Source: Sarea resinae
Taxonomy: Eukaryota
Assembly (NCBI GenBank): GCA_026026165.1
Contig: JAPEUD010000043.1
Coordinates: forward strand, 1-64,000
Length of the DNA stretch: 64,000 nt
Direction: 5' to 3'
The position numbers were made by a program, and so were the translations under genes. The notes under the pieces are model-generated. The model saw only the letters and a list, made by a program, of their open reading frames with translations, was not told where the DNA came from and ran no database searches. Below, one piece after another: positions 35,753 to 49,800 of this stretch (the stretch's first letter is position 1; the number at the start of each line of letters is the position of its first letter).

Positions 35753-36979
35753 CTAAGCAGTCGGCTGCCGCAAGATCTCTTCGCAGTTCGCATCAAACCG
35801 CATGCTCCACAACCGCATCCCGGTCATCAACTTTTCTGTCTTCTCCAATTCCCGGTCCCGTCCGAACATGGAGTCGACAAACTCGCATCCGCTGTTCTTT
35901 CCCATTGAAACTTTTTTGGTGTCCACACCATGCTCCTTCTTGGCTGCCCTCCACATGTATGACTCGCAAGCCTTAAGGAGCTTCCCAAATCTCTCCCAGA
36001 GTCGTTCGCCACTCTCTAGGAAATCCTCTACCATCTCTTTGTTCTCGGCCTTGCGGATCCGCGTCATGCATTCCTCGGCCCGCTTAACCTTGCCGGCAAG
36101 TTGAATGAGGAGAAGCCAGAGATCGCCTGCGACGTCTGACATGGGAGTGGCTGGACCATGATGGAAGACGGTCCAGTCGTAGATCCACTTGCCCAGGGAG
36201 TTTGCGTCAAAGACACTTCCCAGTAGCATAATCGGTTCCTCCGTTGGATCCCAGTTTTTGTATGAATAGCCGGCAGGAATACCGGCTCTGATCGCGTCGG
36301 CCTCGGTGGCTTTGGGGGCAGGCTTTGCTGGTGGCGGTTTGGCCGACGACTTGGAGGCAGACGACGTAGGACGCGTAGAGGCGGCGGATCCGGGACGTGT
36401 TGAGTATGAGGAACGACGCGTTCTGGAGCCGCGGTAGCTGGCTGGTCCAGGCTCGTAGACTGGAATCTGTTGGTGAAAGCCGTGATTAGCACGACTGAAT
36501 CTGAAATGCGGTGGCGGTCGGTCGCGGAAGACAAAGTCTTCATCATCGTCATCCGAAAACTCCGGGCAACACGCGCAACGTTCACCACCAACACTGACAC
36601 CGACACTCCGAACAAAGTATCGCCGAGGCTGACCTCGCAACTTTTCTGAAGAACTTACATAGTCAGGAGTGCGCGGTGTACGCGGTGGCATGGAATACTC
36701 CGGCCCTGGCGTGTAGTAGCCAGGCGAAGAGTACGGTTGTGGTGTCTGCCATCCCATCCTGGGCGATGCGTATCCAAAGCCGCTGGGCTCTTGGCTCGAC
36801 CTGCGCGCGTGTCTGGTCTTCGGCGAGAGACGAGGCGAAGGTGTCGGGCTATGGATCGAGTATCGCGGAGAGTAGTAGGATTGGGATGGGGCCGGCGAGG
36901 GCGACATTGGTGGTGTCGTATTGTAGTCGTAAATAAACGGTGGCGGGACCGAATACGAAGGTGGTGGTGGAGAGAACAT
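35753..36979 (-). CDS. Conserved fungal hypothetical protein (often annotated vegetative cell wall protein gp1-like)
   Basis: Pro/Ser-rich N-terminus followed by IPAGYSYKNWDPTEEPIMLLGSVFDANSLGKWIYDWTV...MRLWSMRFDANCEEIL. A short in-frame intron is possible. Confidence 0.8.
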   Translation of the reverse strand: MFSPPPPSYSVPPPFIYDYNTTPPMSPSPAPSQSYYSPRYSIHSPTPSPRLSPKTRHARRSSQEPSGFGYASPRMGWQTPQPYSSPGYYTPGPEYSMPPRTPRTPDYVSSSEKLRGQPRRYFVRSVGVSVGGERCACCPEFSDDDDEDFVFRDRPPPHFRFSRANHGFHQQIPVYEPGPASYRGSRTRRSSYSTRPGSAASTRPTSSASKSSAKPPPAKPAPKATEADAIRAGIPAGYSYKNWDPTEEPIMLLGSVFDANSLGKWIYDWTVFHHGPATPMSDVAGDLWLLLIQLAGKVKRAEECMTRIRKAENKEMVEDFLESGERLWERFGKLLKACESYMWRAAKKEHGVDTKKVSMGKNSGCEFVDSMFGRDRELEKTEKLMTGMRLWSMRFDANCEEILRQPTA

Positions 36980-39900
36980 GTTGGGCGAAGTCGAGCGCGC
37001 CAGCCGACGCTTCGACCTTTTAAATAGGGAAAATTAAGAAATTCTTGTTTGCCTTATATTCGAGGCGCGATATTTGCTGAGGGGCGACCAGCCCGTCACC
37101 GTGGAGCGTGGTTGTGCTGAGAGAAGAGGAAGGAGGGAGGACTCTGGCTCTGTCTCTCACACATTCGGTCGGTCGTCGAAGTGGCGACTAAAGGTGTCAA
37201 GTTAACCTGAATAGGATCGACGAGAGATCCTAATCGAAGCGCGTAGCAGGAGTAGATTTTGATATGTGGATTTTGAGGCTTGGTAATACAGGCCGATGAG
37301 GTTGAAGAGCAAGCAACAGCAGGAGGAGAGGTTCGGGTGTGGGTGGGGAGGCGTTCGGTTTTTATGTGTGGTACCGACTTGATCCACCTTTTTGGCTGTG
37401 TTCGCTGCCAACAGGGACATGAAAACAAGAACAGGGGGGATGGGGGGGCGGACATGGGTGGAGGTTGGGCGGTTGGTAATAATCATGTTCGGGCCAAGTA
37501 TACGACGTCGGCGTGTCTGTACCTCCAGACTATCTGACTGGCCTCTCTCTACCTCGCGAGCAGACGTCTAGTACGGCTGTGACTGTTTTCTTGTTTGTGC
37601 GTGCGTCAATTTGCTTTGCTCGTCGCAGTAAGAGTCATATCCCTGGGCGGTTCAATAATAGAGTGCAAAGTGGAAGATATCGAATTTGTGGTTACCCACT
37701 TAGCGGTTGGGAGTGGAAATTGGCCTCTGTGATGGTCTCCTGTGCCGGCCGCTTGAGAAAGGGAGAGAAGGGAAAAGGCCAGGATGGGTCAGGATGGGCC
37801 ATGATGGATGCCCAAGCGAGATTGAACCCAAGGAGAAAACGACGAGGAAGAAGCACGATGATGGGATGATTGCCGGCCCTAAGGTGCCTAGAGCGTTAGG
37901 CAGAGATAGGCTGTCCAGCACGTCCAGGACGTCCTTTGTACCCAAGCCTGTACCTAAACCTGCAGCTCCGTCGTATCGGGGAGTCTGCGAGTCTGGGACG
38001 AACCAGCGCTAGAATGACGGCCCGCGGCCGACCCAAAGATCGAAAATGCAGGCCGAGAGAACACGCTCAGAACGGTCACCGACCGACAAAAGAGGACGAG
38101 GAAGGAGAAGAATAAGAATACAAGACATCGACAGATCCTACCGCGCAGTATCTCCATCTGCTCTCGTTCTGAACCTATTTCCGACATCCCCTCTGCTTCC
38201 AAGCACGACGTCTTGGATTCTCTCTCTACGAAGCACATCCTCGGTACATTTGATCCTCCTACATACATAGTAGTACGCCACTGGCACGAGCCGCGTCTTC
38301 TCTTTTTTCCTTTCTTCTTTCCTCGTTCTTCTCTTTCCTTCCCCTCCAGGCCATAGCGGCGATGACACTAGAGTCTAGGTCGAGTCAGATACTCGAGTAG
38401 TGGCATACCTGGCATTACACACGAGATGAGCAGATGGGACAGAGATGCATGTCCCGCCATGTCCCGCTACCTGGCATCCCTGCCCCAGGCCACCCTACGA
38501 CGGAGTACAGAGTACGCATGCCGCTGGCTGCTGCGGTACGAAGCTACCTCGACAGCCATCCTTTCCATTCCCAGGTAAGGAAGCTCCGACACGCTGGATG
38601 ATCAACGTGCCGACCGTCGCTTTGTCTTCACTTGACTCCTGTCCGACCGTCTCAGTAGTACGAACAGCCGCAGTGAGGTAGGTTGCCAGCCATTCCTCAA
38701 GTCTCGCACAAGATCATCCGCTGTATCATCATATCATTTTCGTACGTCGTGTCTCTGCTCCATCGATCATGACAGCTCTGACTGTACTCCTGTCGGGCCA
38801 GCCCAACCCACCAGTTCATGTACGAGATCAGCCATACATACACAATACACAAGATGCACGCCATACATGAGATGCATCAATGAGATAGAAAGTGGTGGTG
38901 GTATGTGCGAAGTAGCCATTGATCCAACCTACAACCAAGTAGGTCCGGACCGAATCCCGTCGCAAAGACGGGACACGCAGCCCGCCACGATGCGACAGCA
39001 CATCCAGCACACCTTCAGCTATCTGACCCAAGCATGTGAGCAGCTCCACTTCTTCTCATATTCCATTCTTCCGTCTTCTTTCCTTCTTCCTCTGGTCAGT
39101 CAAAGGCACGGCTGAGCTTAGCTGGCCGTATACCTACATCGTATCACATCTATCGTATTTGTCGTACTTCTTTCTCTCCCTTGGCACCAGCAGTCGAATC
39201 GTCCATGCACTCTGCTCCTTCGAGCAGGGACTGCCTATCATTCTGCATCGATCCATACTTGCACATCATCCCAGCTTTAGCTCGATCACATAAAGCCCTT
39301 TCGGGCAAACCATCACCGTTAGAGTATCACAGTTTCATTGAACGCGGCTGTTGTGTGCCATCTGGGATGCGTCTCTCCGAGGCTCTGGTCCGGACCAGGT
39401 TTACATCAGGCCTTAGCATCCATTAGGGTCAAACTGCGAATGATAGACGACCACTGCTGCGGATCTGGCCCGCGTCAGGCCCCCTGTAAGATTAGGAGCG
39501 ACACTCGCTACTTCTACGGTCAGCTCGCTGTCAGTCCCGCCGAGCCTCGCCGCCTACCTAGGTACCTAGGAACCTACCTGCCACCCACCTCCCTAGGTAT
39601 CCGTCACTTCGTACTCTCCTGGAATTCCATCCATGCCATCCATGTCTCAGACTCGGCCAACTTCAACACGGGCCCGTAGTAACTTTGTTTGATAAGGTGA
39701 AAATTTTCACCTCCCTTCCTTGGCCCCGCTATAAGGGAAGATATTATTACCATTCCACGCTCCATTTACGCGTGTCTGCTACACCGCAAGTTGGGGGCAC
39801 ATCAGGAAACTAATGTCGTTGTTTCTGTGTGCGCAGCGCGGCAGCAGTCACTGGTGCAGTGGTGCGGTGGTGAGCAAAATAGGAGTCATATTCAGTCCGT

Positions 39901-42900
39901 GTTGAGCGAATTGGCATGCAAAGGAGTGGGAAGGGCGCATCTGGTCGCGGCTTGGTGCAACTTGATACATCGATTCGCTGGGCGCACTCGGGCCAGCGCA
40001 CGTTGTCGATGCACACAGTATGTACACGCACGGTAAGGCAGGGGTCTTTGGCCCTTGCGTCTGCCGGCACCGCTTCTGATTGATGTGTTATTATTGCGTC
40101 GCACCAAGGCCGCCCACCGCCGCGCCCTTTATCCTAGAAGAAGATGCTGCTCAGCCTGCTGAGCGTGCTAAACAGGCATCAGACCAGCTTAGGGTTAGCT
40201 GTCATTGGTCTCGCACTTCATGCACGAACGCGGAAGCTGGCGCATGGAGGGGCTTGCATAAGGCACTCGAGAGGATGATACCGACTGGGTTATGACTACA
40301 ACTACGACTACGACGACGACCGCTGCGGTAAGTACTACGTCGTAGTACGAATCACCAATCTGGACTTTGCACTGGGGTACGGAGTACTTCCACCATCTGC
40401 CATTTAAGCACTACATGCTTCACGTCACAAGCAAGTCTCCAGCAGTCTCAAGCAAGCACATCCTTCATGATTGGGCGCGTCGGACGAACTCGTACAAAAG
40501 GGCACCCACCACGGATGCAATGATAGCGCTTCCGTCTCGTTAGGGCAACTACCAGAACTCTAGACTCTTGACCTTTTCTAAGCAGATGCTTCGAAGCAGG
40601 TACTATGGTAGAGTAGTGCAGACGCATGCTCATAATCGTTTCATCTTGGTCTTCGTGTTGTTGCTGTTGTCGCCGTCGCCATCTTTGTTTTGTTGTTCTA
40701 GGCTTGTTATTTTCCCCGTTGCCGAGATGACGATGTCATTTCTGGTTGTCTTTGGGCATCAATAATTTCGGACCCCAGCAATCCTTACCTTACAACGCGC
40801 CATGCACCAGATTATTTCGCGCGCATTCCGCTTTTTCGGAGACGATGTCGATATCTACTATGGACGATGCGTCACACGCTGCATGACAGCATCCAGTGTT
40901 TTGTTTCCCGTCTTGTTTCGTCCAGACAGAGCAATATCCCTCGTGAAGTATGCGCTTCCCACACAACCACTGAACCCGACGGACCTAATTTTACAGATAC
41001 CCGATTACATGTCACCGAGCACATGCTCCTTGCAACGTCTGATTAGGCTTCCGATTGCATAATCCTATAGCAACAAGCTTTTCCCAGTCTTGGTCAATCA
41101 TCGACACCGGTGAGCAGTGAGCGAGCTTACGCGGTGACTCACAGCCCCCATGGTCACGTGGCCAATGAGATGTTGATATCAACTTGCCACTGCGGCGGCA
41201 AAACAATAATGGCTATGCCTCTGGACGAGTTGGTGTTCGACATGTGCTAGCTTTGTAATGACTGGGTGATCGCCATTACAGCGCTTACCTTGAAACCAAA
41301 TCCAAGCACTGGTCATGATGATCAGCTGTCTAATTTAGTTGACGTTCAATAGGCGCTGTGAGTCTACCTGAGAAAATCGAAAGCAAAGTCGAAGAGCCAA
41401 TATCAATTGCCCCCTCTCAATCAATTTCAGAGCGCTACATGCAAGCGCTGGGCTTTTGTCTTCTAACCCAACGGACTCGCAAGTCTTGCCTCGAACAGAT
41501 CCCCTCAAATCTCTCCTCTAGATTCAAGTCAGCTCGAAAGGCTGACGTCAACCCTCTGCTCCTCGCGACAGCAGTCATCATGAGTTGATATTCAGAAAGG
41601 CGATTGGATACTATGCATACTCCTATCCAGGAGCGGCGTTCGAGTGAGACCGTGTAAGTATGCTTGCATGCGGTATCGTGGCTGGCGATACTGTCTGCTA
41701 CCTAATTACTGTGTTGGCGTCACAGCACGGCCGATATGGAACCTCACCCCCAAACCCGCTGGCATATGGAGTGGCCTCTTGCTTCCCGACGGAGACAATG
41801 ATGATATGGAGACGGGATGTTTCCCCCTGAGAGTGAGTCACTGAGTCACGGTCGAGTTTTCGGCGAATGCGTCATCACTCTGCCAATCAACCGCGGCGGC
41901 GACAAGAGAGGGGCTATGTCTCAATCCCTCCGAAGTATCCGGCATGTGATTGCTTCGCGGCCGCACTTTTTAGCGATGGAAGATTGAGATTAGTTACTCG
42001 TCAGGCCGACTTGATGGACGATCATTCAAGCCCGTATCTAAATCACGGTTGCTCTGTCACGATAGCATGACCGCGAATGAATATCAAGACGGCAGTTTCG
42101 AGCCTTGTTTCCTAAGCCTTTACGACGGTGGCCCCATTCTTATCTCTGGGAGGCATAGCACGACGATATCTGGCCCCTGAGTCTGAGTCTGGGCCCTGAG
42201 TCAACGTTTCGACAACGTCACAATCAACATTTCTGGCCCATGCTCGAGTTCTTCAAGGGTGAGATATGCAAATCACAGCTGGAACCAGGTTACAATGCTA
42301 GCCAGACGCTTGAGCTTTACGTGAGGGTCGAGCAGTTGAACTCGCCGCATAATCCACAAGTACAGTACATGCGAACGCCTGCTGCCTTGCCGTGGCGGCA
42401 CTTGTTCTCTACTCTTCTGCCCGTTACTACTCTAGTCGACTGAAGGGAAAGCAAATGGTCGACCGGCAGCGAATAGGTAAATAGACGAATAGATGTACAA
42501 CCCTTCGATGATTTTCATGTTGAAATATATCCTTTAAACTTTGATTCAGCGATTGGCTTTAAATCAGTAGCTTCTGTATTACAAATGCGTCTGGATAGAC
42601 ATAGCATGCCCGTGAATCATTTCTTTCCACTCTTCTGTATATGCACTGAAGCTCAAGCAGCCCTTCAAGTCTCGGACTTCAGATTCCATGCTATCGAATG
42701 TTACACTGCGATTTATGAACAATAGTGTAGTAATTGGTAGAGAAAGGACTGAGAGCGTCTCCCTTGATTCCGTTTGGCTGAAATTTAGCACCCTGATTCT
42801 GCCGGAATATATTAATGTTTAAGAAGTTCAAAAAACCAAATGGCTGCCTGTGATCATGCTTGAATCTGTGTCAAGAGTCAGCAATTCTGAACCCAAGGAG

Positions 42901-43399
42901 CCTTAACATACCATCCTCTTCTACCTGAATTGAATTGATTTTATATATATTGTAGTTATCGCCTAGGTGAGTCCTATCAACATGCTTCTTAGGGGGACTA
43001 AGATCGCTAGAGTTGGATGTGGGTACAAACAGTCAGGGGCGGATTCGCTGAGTAATCATGCTGACAAGACGGTTGATTACTCTATCGATAGAGCGATATG
43101 CAAGCTCGATGTTGTCATTGTTTGCTTTCACCCCTCAACAGCCATACTCTCCCTCCAACTCGAACTCTTCTCCGCATTCTGGATTTCTCATCACTGCGAA
43201 GTCAATTGACAAGTTGCAAATAATTTGGTTCCATCCATTTGATCTGCATCTTATAGCTTGCCTCGTCCTCCCATCACTCCTCTATATCTGTTTAGTTACA
43301 TCGTTTGGATTTTTCTACTCTTTCGGTATTCCTTTTCATTACCGACAAGTTCTATCTGCCTTCATCCTCGAAACTAAATACACTGATAAAGTCCACACG

Positions 43400-44454
43400 A
43401 TGACTTCCAAAACCTTCGCCATCGTCGCAGGAGTAGGTCCAGGCACAGGTTCGCGGCCCCATCAATTGGATCACCCGCTTCAAACAGCCCCTCCATTCAT
43501 CAGTGGCTAACCCACCCTCTCCCTCGGCTCATAGGTGCCTCGGTGGCCCGCCGCTTCGCTGCCGCCTACCCAGTTGTGCTTCTGGCCCGAAACGCAGAGA
43601 ACTATGACCCCTTGGTGAAAGAGATCAACAGCTCCGGCGGCAAAGCCATAGGCATTAGCACGGACGTCGCGGACCTGAAGAGCGTGACGAGCGCATTCGA
43701 GCAGATTGCCAACGGGTTCGGGAAGGATGCTGGATTAGCGGCGGCAGTGTTCAATGTCGGCGGCCGGTTCATCCGCAAACCGTTCCTGGAACTGACGCTC
43801 GACGAGTTCGAGTCCGGCTTCGATGCCAATGGGTGCGTTTGTCTTCATTCTCGCGGTGTGGCGTTCTACATGAGTGAGAGGGCGGAAGGCTCGGTCGTAT
43901 CTGCAGCTAACACGCACACAGCCGCGGCGCCTACCTCTTCTCCCGCGCCACGCTCCCGCTACTCTTGAAATCAACCGATCTGCCACACCCGCCTACGCTC
44001 ATCTTCACCGGCGCCACGGCGTCACTCAAGGGCTCAGCCGGCTGCGCGTCATTTTCCACGGGCAAGTTTGCTCTGCGGTCACTTGCGCAGAGCTTGGGTA
44101 GAGAATTTGGTCCCAAGGGTGTGCACGTAGCGCATGCTATCATCGACGGCGTGATCGATATTCCCAGGACCAAGGAGTGGGTTGTCGGGCCCGAGCCAGA
44201 CAATAAGATCAGTGCTGATGCTGTGAGTCTTTTCTTCTCTTCAAGTTCGCGTACATGTGCCCCTTTCCTCATTCGTCTTCACCTTGCTTCTCCCATTTGA
44301 TGCCTTTCTTTGTCTATGTCGGAAAAGCATGTTTTCTAATCCCTGTTGGGCGCCGTGCTGGTAGATCGCCGACGTCTACTGGAATCTGCATGTTCAGCCC
44401 CGCACGACTTTCACGCACGAAATCGATGTGCGCCCTTACGTCGAGAAGTGGTAG
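43400..44454 (+). CDS. Short-chain dehydrogenase/reductase (spliced)
   Basis: AIVAGVGPGTG, AAAVFNVG, LIFTGATAS, FSTGKFALRSLAQSLGREFGPKGVHVAH and terminal EIDVRPYVEKW*; three introns. Confidence 0.9.
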
Positions 44455-45398
44455 GTCGACGCAAGTCCGAGGACAGGGAAAGCTGTTATGTTCTTGGAGT
44501 AGTTGGTACAGAGGGGGAAGGACAACAGGGAGCTGTATTTCAGCGGCAACTGAGTCGATATCTCAATGCCTCGATGAGAGCGACTCGCGAACTGCTCAAT
44601 GGAGCCTTGGTGGCTGCATGGGCATCGAAGGTACGTGTGGTCGGCCGAGCGAATTATATAGCAATAAATATTGAATACTACTATGATGTTACGATATAAC
44701 AAGAGGAACAGATCGACCAATGTGGAGAATATAAAGTTCTGCTGTCAAGGAGATTGATTGATATGGGTTCTACCCAGTCTTCGTGCTTGCCGTGAATGGC
44801 CTTCATTCGATAAAATGGACGATTCCCAGCTCGTCTATGACCTACCTTACTATCCCACAAATTGAGTGAAAAGCTACTGTACTGTCTGCCCGTCTGGTTG
44901 TCTGTCTTCTCCACAGGATGTTTTATGGCTATATTGGTATTGCAGACTACGATCTGTCCCTCACCATCAAACCGCCCTTCTCAATTTCTCCGCCACGAGG
45001 GGCTGAGAGGACAGTCTGCAGGTGAGGGTGGGAGGTTCGATCTGCGCCAGTTGTTTACCTCGACAACCACTTTGTTTGCTCCGACGGTGCGGGGGTTGGC
45101 GAGGTGATAATACTGGCGCGTATTGGGAAAGAGGGATTGAAGTTGGAGATGGGTAAGAGTGTCAGTAGTGGTACCTCGTAGAATTCGTTCATGACACAAA
45201 TCCATGACCTTTTCACTCAACAAGTCCATTCATGACGGATTGGTGTTATGCATTCATTGTAGGCTGAAAGACATGCCAGAACCCCACCACGTAGAGCCCA
45301 TCGAAGAAGCAAACACACCGGACAAGACAGCCGGAGCCGGTTTTCGCCTCACGTAATCCACAACCTATCGTCGCCTCCACGTCTACCAAAGAAAACAC

Positions 45399-46079
45399 CT
45401 ATGCACTCTCCTTCTTGCTCTTGGTAATCTCCCGGCCCTTGGCGATGCGCTCCAGAATATTCTCGCGATCCTTGTCGAGCTTCATCTTGGTTACGACGAC
45501 CTTGGACGGGTGGATGCCGATCGGGACGGATTGGCCGTTGGACTTCTCGCGCGACACTCGCTCGATGTGCACGATGTATTTGAGACGGTAGACCGATGTT
45601 ACTTTTCCCTCACGACCCTTGTTCGATCCGCGGGTGATGAGAACCTCATCGTCCTTTCGGATGGGGATTGATCGGACCTGTAGATAGCTGGTATGTCAAT
45701 TCTGCTCTTCCTGTTTCTCTGTGCCTTCATTGCCCCGCGCTCATCGTCGTGGTGTCTTCTTTCTCCTCTTCCGCTCCCTCTCCTCCGCAAAATCGAAGGT
45801 TCCATACGGGACTGAATGGGGGGTTTCGTACGTTGTGCTTTTCCCTTAGTTCCTTGCTCAGAGGCGCGCTCATGATAGTCCGGCGCACGCTCGAGGGAGC
45901 GCTGAAATGCGCCTTGCGGGACTTTCTCCGCGAGGAGTGGAGGGCTGCGTGGTCACACATGGTCAGTCTTTTTGATTCCGTCGCAGGAGGCATATCTTCG
46001 AGAGGGTACAAAGGGAAACAGCAAGTCGATATGGATTGAAGATCGAGGAATTACACGTACAAGTGTTAATCTTCGTCAT
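45399..46079 (-). CDS. RPL26: 60S ribosomal protein L26 (uL24), two introns
   Basis: [56 protein letters not shown]...[18 protein letters not shown]. Confidence 0.96.
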
Positions 46080-46820
46080 GGCGATGGGATTCTTGGCTGT
46101 CCTTCCCGTTTGTCGAAGTGGGTTGTCGATTGTCGATTGTCGGTGATAGTCTTGACGCCCTGGTTGAAAGTTGAAGGAGGACTGCGCAAATTCGCGAGTC
46201 TGTGTGGGTCACGTGGGACTGAAAGCGAGAGAGATTCAGACCCTAAGCGAACCGCGTCTTTGGCGGTGTTGTCGTCCTGTACGAGTCCGCTTATCGAGGT
46301 CACGAGAAAATGAGTGTTTGCGTAAGGTGTTGTAAAGTCACCGTAGGTAGGTACGTACTTCGACCTTCCTACAACAACTTACCTGCCGGGAACATCTGCA
46401 CTATCTCCGCGTCGCGCTGATGATTGATTGATTGGGCACAGAAAGTGGTCTCGCGTCCTACGTCCAGCTTCATATTCACTTATTCTATCCACAGATTGCG
46501 CTTCCGCGATCAATCCTGGAAACGTCTCGCTTCCTCCCGGAGTTTCTCAGGATGCCTTCTACGAACTACTTACCTTCTGAGTATTTTCGAGACAGAGCCG
46601 TGGTGGGTAGATTCAGAGCTTGACCTAATATCGAATCCACTTGTCCCTGATCGTCAAAACCACGGTTTGGAAATTGACCTGAGACTGGCAAGTTCAACTA
46701 CCAATTCAACTCTACTCCAGCGCATGGTCGAGTACAACAAGCAAGGGCAATGCTGACCCCAGGGTCATAGAAACTCGCCGGTCCAACCCTCAGTTGCGGC
46801 TGTAGAGCGCAGCTTTCAGA

Positions 46821-49800
46821 ATGTCTTCTGATGAGTTCAATTCACGATACTACCCTCAAACCAACGGAAGACCGTCGGCGCAGTCAAACCAAGCCTCATA
46901 CGCGCCGGATCCCAGTCGGACATTTGGGTACTTTGATGCGCCCGCAAATGGCTCAATAGCAAATTCGGGAGCTCATTATAACGGCCAGGTGAATGGTGGA
47001 CAGGTGAAGGGGGGGCAATTGAGTCGAGACGTACCGCCGTATGATAATGCCTGGTACTATGGCTCGACGCCGTCTCTCTCGAATACTCGCGATCTGTCCA
47101 CCAGCTGGTTGCCCGACGCTTCGAATGTTTTTAGTAATGCGAGTCTGCGTTCAAATCGACCCTCGCATCTGGACACCTCAGGCCTAGAGACTCTAGTGCA
47201 CATGTCGGAACTGGAGGCATCTGGCGCGAATGTCACGAGCTATGCATCAAGGCCAAATGTTCCCGCAACATCCACGTCACTGGGACAAAGCCCTCTAGAT
47301 ATAAGGCGGCAAAATGCAGGCTATATTTCACCCTATCACCTCAATAATCCACCCATTTCTGACATGCACCGGATTCGGAATCTGTGGAGCGACACCGACA
47401 ACGGCGACAGCAATAACGTTGGCAGCAATGTGGGCAACAACGTCATGCCTACCACAGCATCGCAGTCTACCAGTCGATATCAGAGCTCCCAGGACTCCCA
47501 GATCCGAGATACCACAAGCTACCTCTCTCCGGCGCCTCCAAATGGAGCGTTGCGCTTTTCTAGCTCTCAGCATGGGATTGCCGATCAACCAGATAGATCG
47601 TCTAGACTGAACAGCGTGGGCTTTTCGCCGTCGACCTCGCAGCACCAAAGTCGTCCATCTCCTTTCACCAACTCTTCACAGCAGTCAGGGCATGAGGGGT
47701 CGCTTCCAACAAGACAAGAATATGGGAGATCGCCTTTGGTAACACAACACTCACCTCAGACGCACTCATCGAACCATACCAGACCGGCTTCCTCGTCATT
47801 CAGCGCGCCCACTCACCAGCCTTATCCTCAACGAACGGGAGCAGGCAGTGGCTTAGCACAATCTCACGGCTCTCTTCAGAGCAAATCCACACCTCAACGT
47901 TCCGACAGTCACCAAGCTCAACAGCAGTTCATGAAACCCTCACCCATTCAGCGGCCGGTAACTGAGCCATCACCGTCTCCGCAGCAATTGGCCATCTCTG
48001 CTCCTCAGCTGCCAAAGGCCAAGCCAGCTTCTCAGCCCTCCAAGGCCGCTCCAAAGCCTAAAGCTAGCAACAATGCTCGCAAACCGTTCCAGATGATTCC
48101 AGGCCCGGCCATTGCGAACCAAAGCGCTCCGTCACATCAGAGAGACTTCGTTGCTCAGCCAAATCAGGATCAGCGAAAAGTGAACCCGTCGCCAAAACCA
48201 AGAAAGTCGAATGCCGTTCCGACGGTGACACAAGACCAATCCATTCCAATGCTTGCGAACAGTTCTCTCCCTCCCGAACCATACAGCCCGGCGCCACCCA
48301 CGGTGACTAAGCCTGAGCAATTCAAGAAGAGTGCGCCGACTCAACAGGATCATAATCACAGCGCCGCACCGCAGGCAAACAATGCTGCTCAGAGAACACT
48401 GAACAGAGAGCAGCAGATGCCACAGGCAAGGCAGACTCAAGAGTCCCCCTCGCGCAACTATGAAGCAAGGGCAGGTAATGGAAATAATGCAAGACCGGGC
48501 ACAGCTGGTCAATCTAGTGTGTCTTCTCATACTCTCGAGAATCAAGATGATGACTCGGAGATGAGTATGGAGGCGCAAATGCGAACTATGATAGAGAAAA
48601 TGCGTCAGTATCAAGCCAAGGATCCAATGAAGTTTCTACACGTTTGGGAGCAAGTAAAGAAGGTAAGAAAACTCCTTCACCGCCGCCCAATTAGCTCTCT
48701 TTCATGATCATCCCATTCCCTTTTACGCGAGATCGTTTGGTGAAGAGTCCTCAACGCAATGTGAATGAATATTCACTTTTGCCATCACTTGTACTGTTCT
48801 TTTGCCCACCATGATGTTTTCTTCAAACTAACTATTTCCTTGACACAGGGTACCTCGCTAAATGGGCCAGCTCTGGAAGGAAATCAAGCACCTAAATCTA
48901 TTGAATGGAATGCGAATATGGCACAGTCAAGCAGTCCCGCCCCGGAAAACCGCCCTCCTGCATCTAAAGACCCTCCGATGCAGCCATCACATCGTTCAAA
49001 TACTCAGAGAGTAGAGTCTCCCACTCTTCCAGGTACAGTAGGAGAAGCTCGTTCTACGCGCAAGCCAGAGACAGCCATGGCTCAACCCGTCAATCTCCCT
49101 TCCCAAGTATCGCGTCCTGTGGCTCCGCATGCTACGGTTCCTTCGGCCGTGGCACGTCCCGAGCGACCGCGTGCTGAGCCACTCTATGCCAAGGAAACCG
49201 GACGACCTTCAAGTCAAGGCACAAAATGGCCGCCCACATACAAAAAGCTGCTTGCTAATACTGCAGCGGGTGTGCTTAACGCTGCTCCAGAAAATGCTGG
49301 CAAATACATCTCGGGAGCGAGAGTTGAGGAGCTTCTAGATCAGAATCCTAATTACCCTCAGCTCTGCGATAGTTTGGAGCGCGCTGGATTCACTGTTAGA
49401 CGGGCCGCTTTTGCGCGCGTGCTATTAGATGCTGTACCCGATCCAGCTACCACTCCCAGCGAGTCTACGGGATCGACTCAGTCTACTTTGCATGTCGCTC
49501 CTACAGCCAATGCGCGGCAGGAAGGTCGTCCGCCTCAACTGACATCACAAACTCATCAATCGCAGCCGACTCCCACGCGTCGTTCTTTCAACCTTCTCTC
49601 ACCCGGGCCCTCTCCGTCTCCTCCACCCTCAATGGCTGCCATGTTGCCAGGGCTAGCTAATCACGGATCTAATGGACTGATGCGAGAGCGATCAAGCATC
49701 GAGCATGCTAGGGAAAACTCTTCACCGCCAGTAGAGATCTCCCGTGATCAGACAAGGCTTGTCGAGTCTGGTGTGGTCGGCCAAAGAGCGAACCTCAATC

